A stretch of DNA of 32,000 bases from Cylindrospermopsis raciborskii Cr2010 (GTDB lineage Bacteria > Cyanobacteriota > Cyanobacteriia > Cyanobacteriales > Nostocaceae), in assembly GCF_003367075.2 (NCBI RefSeq), contig NZ_CP065936.1:1230001-1262000 (forward strand). The letters are read 5' to 3'. Each line of letters begins with the position of its first letter. The stretch's first letter is position 1. Below the pieces are notes generated by a model. That model did no database searches. It saw only the letters and a list, made by a program, of their open reading frames with translations, and was not told the DNA's origin. A program made the translations under genes and the position numbers. Shown here in pieces: positions 27,009 to 32,000 of the stretch.

Positions 27009-28373
27009 CTAAGCCAAAACCAACGCTTGAGAATCTTTCTTAGCGGCAAATTGATTAGGTGGACGACGTAAACCCAGATTTTCGCGGAGGGTATTGCCCT
27101 CGTACTCAGTACGGAAGAGTCCGCGTTTCTGGAGAATAGGAACCACTAAATCAACAAAATCATCCAATCCGGTAGGAAGAATTGGCGGCATAATATTGAA
27201 GCCATCTGCAGCACCACTGTTAAACCACTCCTCTAATTGGTCAGCAATACTTTCAGGAGTGCCAATAATAGTGCGGTGTCCTCTAGCTGTTGCCAAAGCA
27301 AGATAAAGTTCACGCAGGGTCAAACTCCCTCGATGAGCTAAATCCTGAACCAATTTCAGACGACTCTTATTATTGTTTGTCTCACTGGGCAACTCAGGAG
27401 CAATATCATCCAGAGAATAACCAGACAAATCCACCCCCTTGTAATAGGTTTTTAAAATTCCCCAAGCCACATCCGGATGAATTAGCGACTGAATAAACTC
27501 ATACTTCTCCTGAGCTTCTTCCTCCGTTCTCCCAATAACCGGAAAAGCACCGGGCATAATTTTCAGATCCTCAAAGGAACGTCCGTATTTTCCTAACCTA
27601 CCCTTAATATCAGAGTAAAACTCCTGAGCATCACTCAAAGTTTGATTAGCAGTAAAAATCACCTCAGCAGTGCGAGCAGCTAACTCCCTTCCCGCTTCCG
27701 AAGCACCAGCTTGCACTATTACGGGATATCCCTGAGGAGGACGACCCACATTCAACGGACCCTTAACCGAAAAATATTTACCCTGATGATTGAGGATATG
27801 TAACTTATCCGGATCAAAGTAAATCCCCGATTCCCTGTCCCGAATAAACGCATCATCCTCCCAACTGTCCCACAAACCCTTAACTACCTCCACAAACTCT
27901 TCTGCTCGCTCATAACGCTGACTATGTTCCGGATGATATTCCAACCCAAAATTAGCCGCAGCATTTTCATTACCGGTAGTGACCACATTCCATCCTGCTC
28001 GACCATTACTTAAATAGTCTAAAGAAGCAAACTTCCTTGCCAAATTGTAAGGATCTTCATAAGTAGTAGAAGCAGTAGCAATAAAGCCAATATTCTTGGT
28101 TACCGATGATAAAGCGGAAAATAAAGTTACAGGCTCAAAATGAGCTAACTTACCATTCCGTTTTTGAGTTTCTGGTGTGCCACCCCATATTCCAGGGCTA
28201 TCGGCTAAAAAAACCGCATCAAGCAGTCCCCTTTCCGCAGTTCGGGTTATTTCCCAATAGTGCAAAAAATTTAAACCAGCATCTATTTGCGCCTCTGGAT
28301 GTCGCCAGGCAGAAACATGATGTCCAGTAGCCTGAATAAATGCACCTAAATGAAACCTACGCTTCTCACCCAT
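27009..28373 (-). CDS. LLM-class FMNH2-dependent monooxygenase, NtaA/SnaA/DszA/SoxA subfamily
   Basis: 454 aa. FHLGAFIQATGHHVSAWRHP...FLADS...GRAGWNVVT...ERYERAEEF is the hallmark N-terminal pattern of this subfamily. Confidence 0.85.
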   Translation of the reverse strand: MGEKRRFHLGAFIQATGHHVSAWRHPEAQIDAGLNFLHYWEITRTAERGLLDAVFLADSPGIWGGTPETQKRNGKLAHFEPVTLFSALSSVTKNIGFIATASTTYEDPYNLARKFASLDYLSNGRAGWNVVTTGNENAAANFGLEYHPEHSQRYERAEEFVEVVKGLWDSWEDDAFIRDRESGIYFDPDKLHILNHQGKYFSVKGPLNVGRPPQGYPVIVQAGASEAGRELAARTAEVIFTANQTLSDAQEFYSDIKGRLGKYGRSFEDLKIMPGAFPVIGRTEEEAQEKYEFIQSLIHPDVAWGILKTYYKGVDLSGYSLDDIAPELPSETNNNKSRLKLVQDLAHRGSLTLRELYLALATARGHRTIIGTPESIADQLEEWFNSGAADGFNIMPPILPTGLDDFVDLVVPILQKRGLFRTEYEGNTLRENLGLRRPPNQFAAKKDSQALVLA

Positions 28374-28664
28374 CTGTCTATTTCCACTTATAAAAAGTTC
28401 ACTATTTTAATGATGAATATACTCTTCTAACAAAGCTTAACAGCTATTTAATCTGAAGCCCTCATCACCATCAAACTAAATACCGGTAACTTGACCGAGT
28501 AAAAGTAGTTTACACCCAACCATCAAAAAAAAGATGTATCAGTCATCACATTTTATTAAAAACTAATAAAAAACTAATAATTAGACAACCTAACATTAAA
28601 ATCCCCTAACTAAAAATAGGTTCCCAGGATTTGCACGCATTTTTAGAGAAATTTAGAAAACTTC

Positions 28665-28720
28665 TTGACTTATAACCACAACTATGATGTACTAACAGTT
28701 AGAAAAACTAAATATTAGTT
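28665..28720 (+). promoter_or_regulatory. candidate promoter plus two CTAA/TTAG palindromes (possible MarR operator)
   Basis: TTGACT at 28665-28670, a 17-nt spacer, then TGTACT at 28688-28693. The palindromes are ctaacagttag (28692-28702) and aactaa-ata-ttagtt (28706-28720), immediately upstream of the ABC-2/MarR/MFS operon. Confidence 0.3.
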
Positions 28721-28745
28721 CAGTAAAAAAAAGGCAGGTCTCCTC

Positions 28746-29594
28746 ATGGTGGCTAAACTCACGGAAACGCCAGAATTAGTATCGGGTAACTTACCAGAAG
28801 TAATATTACAAACACTGGAACTCAGAAGATGTTTTGACAAATTTGTAGCAGTTGACGACCTAAGTATTTACGTTAAGTCAGGAGAGGTATTCGGTTTATT
28901 AGGTCCTAATGGAGCTGGTAAAAGCACAGTCATAAAAATCCTCACCACCCTATTACCTGCAAGTGGGGGTAAGGCCTACCTAAGCGGTTATGATGTGACT
29001 CGCCAACCTAATGCCATCAGGAGAGTAGTTGGCTACGTGCCACAAGCCCTATCAGCTGATGGCACCCTAACCGGCTATGAAAACCTATTAATATTTGCCA
29101 AAATCTATGATATACCTACTCGACATAGAAAACAGCGAATCAGAGAAATGTTAGAATTTATGGGATTAGAGAACGTAGCCCATCGAATGGTGAGAAACTA
29201 TTCCGGGGGGATGATTCGCAAACTAGAAATTGCCCAAGCCATTCTCCACCAACCCCAGATTTTATTTCTGGATGAGCCAACCGTAGGATTAGATCCCGTA
29301 GCCAGGTCTCAAGTCTGGCAACTTATGGAACAGCTCCAGAAACAACATGGCACAACCATTTTTCTCACCACCCACTTTTTAGAAGAAGCAGACGCCCTTT
29401 GCGATCGCGTAGCCATTATGAACAGGGGTAAAGAAATTATCACTGGTTCCCCATCACAATTAAAAGCCTCCATCAACAAACCACAAGCCAGTTTAGACGA
29501 CGTATTTATCCATTACGCAGGGAATCAACTAATATCAGGAGTTAGCTACAGTGAAACCGCTAGAACTAGACGTGCAACCCAACGCTTGGGATAA
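28746..29594 (+). CDS. ABC transporter ATP-binding protein (ABC-2/DrrA-like)
   Basis: Walker A GPNGAGKST, signature YSGGMIRK, Walker B ILFLDEPTVGLD, and the H-loop TTHFLEEA. Confidence 0.9.
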   Translation: MVAKLTETPELVSGNLPEVILQTLELRRCFDKFVAVDDLSIYVKSGEVFGLLGPNGAGKSTVIKILTTLLPASGGKAYLSGYDVTRQPNAIRRVVGYVPQALSADGTLTGYENLLIFAKIYDIPTRHRKQRIREMLEFMGLENVAHRMVRNYSGGMIRKLEIAQAILHQPQILFLDEPTVGLDPVARSQVWQLMEQLQKQHGTTIFLTTHFLEEADALCDRVAIMNRGKEIITGSPSQLKASINKPQASLDDVFIHYAGNQLISGVSYSETARTRRATQRLG

Positions 29595-30405
29595 TAGACC
29601 ATCCATCCAACCAAACAGTATCTTACTAGGGATCAAAAACTTCCTCATCAAGACCCTAGTAATTGCCGAACTAGAAGTTAGAAAATTGCGTCACGACCCC
29701 AGTGATCTACTACTCAGAGCCGTACAACCTGCCTTATGGTTAGTCATTTTTGGACAAGTTTTTTCCCGAACCCGTGCTATTCCCACAGGTAATATAGCTT
29801 ACCTAGACTTTATGACCCCGGGTATCCTAGCACAAAGTGGCCTATTTATGGCTATTTTTACGGGAGGTATGACCTTAATTTGGGAGAGGGATCTAGGAGT
29901 AGTGCATAAATTTTTAGCAGCGCCCATACCCCGTGCTGCCATAGTTTTAGGCAAGAGCCTAGCTTGCGGCGTCCGTTGTTGTTCTCAAGTAATAGTCATT
30001 TACCTTCTAGCCTTATTATTAGGAGTGAACTTAAATCATAGCTTTGTATCCTTACTACAAGTTATCCTAGTTGTTTTCTTGGGTGCTGGTTGTTTTTGCG
30101 CCTTCTCCTTGATTATTGGCTGCCTAGTTAGATCAAGAGAAAGATTTACTGGTATTGGACAATTGATTACCATGCCATTATTTTTTGCTAGTAACGCCAT
30201 ATACCCAATTTCCCTAATGCCCGATTGGTTAAAAATAATTTCCCACCTCAATCCCCTCACCTACCAGGTAGATGCTTTACGGGGAATCATGGTAGTCAAC
30301 GGAACCACCAATTATGGACTTGAGTTAGATTGCGCAGTTCTTCTGTTAACATTAATAGGCTTAACCTTTATTTGTGGAAGACTTTATCCACGAGTAGTCA
30401 TGTAA
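29551..30405 (+). CDS. ABC-2 type exporter permease
   Basis: Six hydrophobic segments with the typical ABC-2 N-terminus (ELEVRKLRHDPSDLLLRAVQPALWLVIFG). The start is uncertain: GTG 29551 or GTG 29572, both overlapping the ATPase gene. Confidence 0.85.
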   Translation: MKPLELDVQPNAWDNRPSIQPNSILLGIKNFLIKTLVIAELEVRKLRHDPSDLLLRAVQPALWLVIFGQVFSRTRAIPTGNIAYLDFMTPGILAQSGLFMAIFTGGMTLIWERDLGVVHKFLAAPIPRAAIVLGKSLACGVRCCSQVIVIYLLALLLGVNLNHSFVSLLQVILVVFLGAGCFCAFSLIIGCLVRSRERFTGIGQLITMPLFFASNAIYPISLMPDWLKIISHLNPLTYQVDALRGIMVVNGTTNYGLELDCAVLLLTLIGLTFICGRLYPRVVM

Positions 30406-30423
30406 CCAGGAGAAAAACATCCT

Positions 30424-30879
30424 ATGTCCTTCGATAAACCCCCCCAAAAATGTGCAGCTAGGGTAATGGAAACCATTCCCCTATTAATGCGGTTTATTCG
30501 AAGTGACATGCGTAATCATAGTGCTGATTCCCTCACCATTCCCCAACTGCGATCGCTCGCCTTTCTCAAACGTAACCCGGGAACTTCCCTTTCCGCAGTA
30601 GCAGAGCATCTTGGTGTTACCTGTGCCACAGCTTCCACAACCATCGAAAGACTGGTACAACGCCATCTGGTACAAAGAACAGATCACCCCCAGGAAAGAA
30701 GAAAAATAGTATTAAATCTCACCACACAAGGAAAATCCCTCTTAGAAGAATCTCAGGAAAAAACTCGCCTTCATATTGCCGAAATTATTGAGAGCCTAAC
30801 CTCGGAAGAACTATTACAAATTGAAACAAGTCTTACTTTGCTAAAAAATGTCTTTGAAAAAACCGAATCTAACCACTGA
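30424..30879 (+). CDS. MarR family transcriptional regulator
   Basis: 151 aa. The winged-helix pattern is LTIPQLRSLAFLKRNPGTSLSAVAEHLGVTCATASTTIERLVQRHLVQRTDHPQERRKIVLNLT. Confidence 0.9.
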   Translation: MSFDKPPQKCAARVMETIPLLMRFIRSDMRNHSADSLTIPQLRSLAFLKRNPGTSLSAVAEHLGVTCATASTTIERLVQRHLVQRTDHPQERRKIVLNLTTQGKSLLEESQEKTRLHIAEIIESLTSEELLQIETSLTLLKNVFEKTESNH

Positions 30880-32000
30880 CCATAGTAGCATCCATGACCC
30901 ATTTGCTGCGCTAAGATTTAGAGACTACCGATTATTTACCATAGGAAGGATTCTGTTATTTACAGGTAACCAAATGCAAACAGTAGCCCTAGGTTGGGAA
31001 CTGTATGAACGTACCAACTCCCCTCTAGCCCTAGGTATAGTAGGACTGGCACAAGTATTACCAGTTATATTATTAACCTTAATAGCTGGACACGTAGCGG
31101 ACAAATATAATCGTCAACGCACCACTGTAGTAGCTAGCCTCCTTTTAGCTCTTTGTTCATTGGGATTAGGCATAATCTCTTATACACAGGCACCAGTATT
31201 TTTGATTTATATTTGCCTAGTCCTTACTGGTATAGCCAGAGCCTTCCTCAAACCTGCCAGCGATGCCATGATGTGGCAATTAATACCTCCACAAGTATTT
31301 ACTAATGCTGCCACCTGGGTAAGTGGTAGCTTTCAACTAGCATCAGTAATTGGACCAGCTCTAGGTGGATTTGTTATTGCCATTTTTAATAGTGCCACCC
31401 AGGTGTATATACTCACATCAATTGCATCCCTATCATTTCTAATAGCTGTAGTAGCTATGAACCCACCAGAAGGAAATCTCAGTAAAGAGCCAATATCCCT
31501 GAGATCCTTAGCAGCGGGGGCAGAATTCATTTGGAAGAATCAAATTATATTAGCTGCTATTACACTAGATCTATTTGCTGTTTTATTTGGTGGTGCAGTA
31601 GCACTATTGCCAATATATGCCAAAGACATTTTAAAAGTAGGTCCAGTAGAACTCGGATATTTACAAGCAGCACCGGCCATAGGAGCATTAATTATGGGCG
31701 CGGTGCTGATACAACTTCCACCCATTACTAAAACCTGGTCTACCCTACTATGGTCGGTTTTTGGTTTTGGGGTCACAACCATTATTTTTGGCCTATCCAA
31801 ATGGATGTGGTTATCCCTGCTCATGTTAGCTCTTGGTGGAGGATTAGATACTATTAGCGTAGTCATTCGCCACACCTTAGTACAACTAAAAACCCCGGAA
31901 GAATTAAGAGGTCGTGTGGCAGCCATTAATACAGTATTTATAACTGCATCAAATGAACTAGGAGCTTTTGAATCTGGACTAGTAGCTGCTCTAGTAGGAC
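30848..32000 (+). CDS. MFS transporter (EntS/MFS_3-like), 5' part; runs off the right window edge
   Basis: Absent from the ORF track because there is no stop in the window. The ATG at 30848 opens MSLKKPNLTTDHSSIHDPFAALRFRDYRLFTIGRILLFTGNQMQTVALGWELYERT..., and the frame stays open to nt 32000 with repeated TM segments. It overlaps the marR 3' end by 32 nt. Confidence 0.85.
   Translation, partial: MSLKKPNLTTDHSSIHDPFAALRFRDYRLFTIGRILLFTGNQMQTVALGWELYERTNSPLALGIVGLAQVLPVILLTLIAGHVADKYNRQRTTVVASLLLALCSLGLGIISYTQAPVFLIYICLVLTGIARAFLKPASDAMMWQLIPPQVFTNAATWVSGSFQLASVIGPALGGFVIAIFNSATQVYILTSIASLSFLIAVVAMNPPEGNLSKEPISLRSLAAGAEFIWKNQIILAAITLDLFAVLFGGAVALLPIYAKDILKVGPVELGYLQAAPAIGALIMGAVLIQLPPITKTWSTLLWSVFGFGVTTIIFGLSKWMWLSLLMLALGGGLDTISVVIRHTLVQLKTPEELRGRVAAINTVFITASNELGAFESGLVAALVG

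Noticed and set aside
25649-28330. Plus-strand ORFs 25649-25933, 27094-27306, 27290-27496 and 28106-28330
   Set aside because: They are antisense to the well-supported amidohydrolase and LLM monooxygenase genes and carry no motifs.
31333-31926. Minus-strand ORFs 31333-31530 and 31540-31926, and plus ORF 31531-31731
   Set aside because: They are antisense to, or out of frame with, the long open MFS reading frame (30848 to the window end), which has clear transporter character.

Overview
AT-rich cyanobacterial chromosome segment. I counted 13 copies by eye of the HIP1 octamer GCGATCGC, and the gene content (CyanoQ-like psbQ, bvdR-like reductase) suggests Nostocales, but species cannot be assigned. 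The window has three blocks. (1) 1-2.6 kb holds housekeeping genes: a psbQ-like lipoprotein and a ThiO-like FAD oxidoreductase. (2) 2.6-12.5 kb is the most interesting part. It is an eight-gene, same-strand, tightly spaced cluster. In transcription order it encodes two paralogous lipoproteins, a membrane vWA protein with a glycine-zipper TM bundle, a 128-aa orphan, a soluble vWA protein, a Zn-ribbon+FHA protein, a pseudokinase+PP2C fusion, and an active Zn-ribbon+Hanks kinase+TPR protein. The parts list resembles vWA/PP2C/kinase triads and the T6SS threonine-phosphorylation pathway, but no secretion or ter genes are present, so the output is unknown. map and a bvdR-like gene follow on the same strand. 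(3) 14.7-28.4 kb is an eroding sulfur-acquisition island. Apparently intact genes are ssuE, tauE, metY, metX, a redoxin, a DszA/NtaA-type LLM monooxygenase, an amidohydrolase and an ABC exporter; yeeE may lack its 5' end. Four of these enzymes are Cys-free and Met-poor. The island also holds gene wrecks (tauD with an internal deletion, a truncated beta-carbonic anhydrase, an SDR fragment, a possible ssuA stub), one intact IS1-family element and two IS4-like transposase fragments. The window ends with an ABC-2 exporter, MarR and a partial MFS operon. I found no tRNA, rRNA or CRISPR array.
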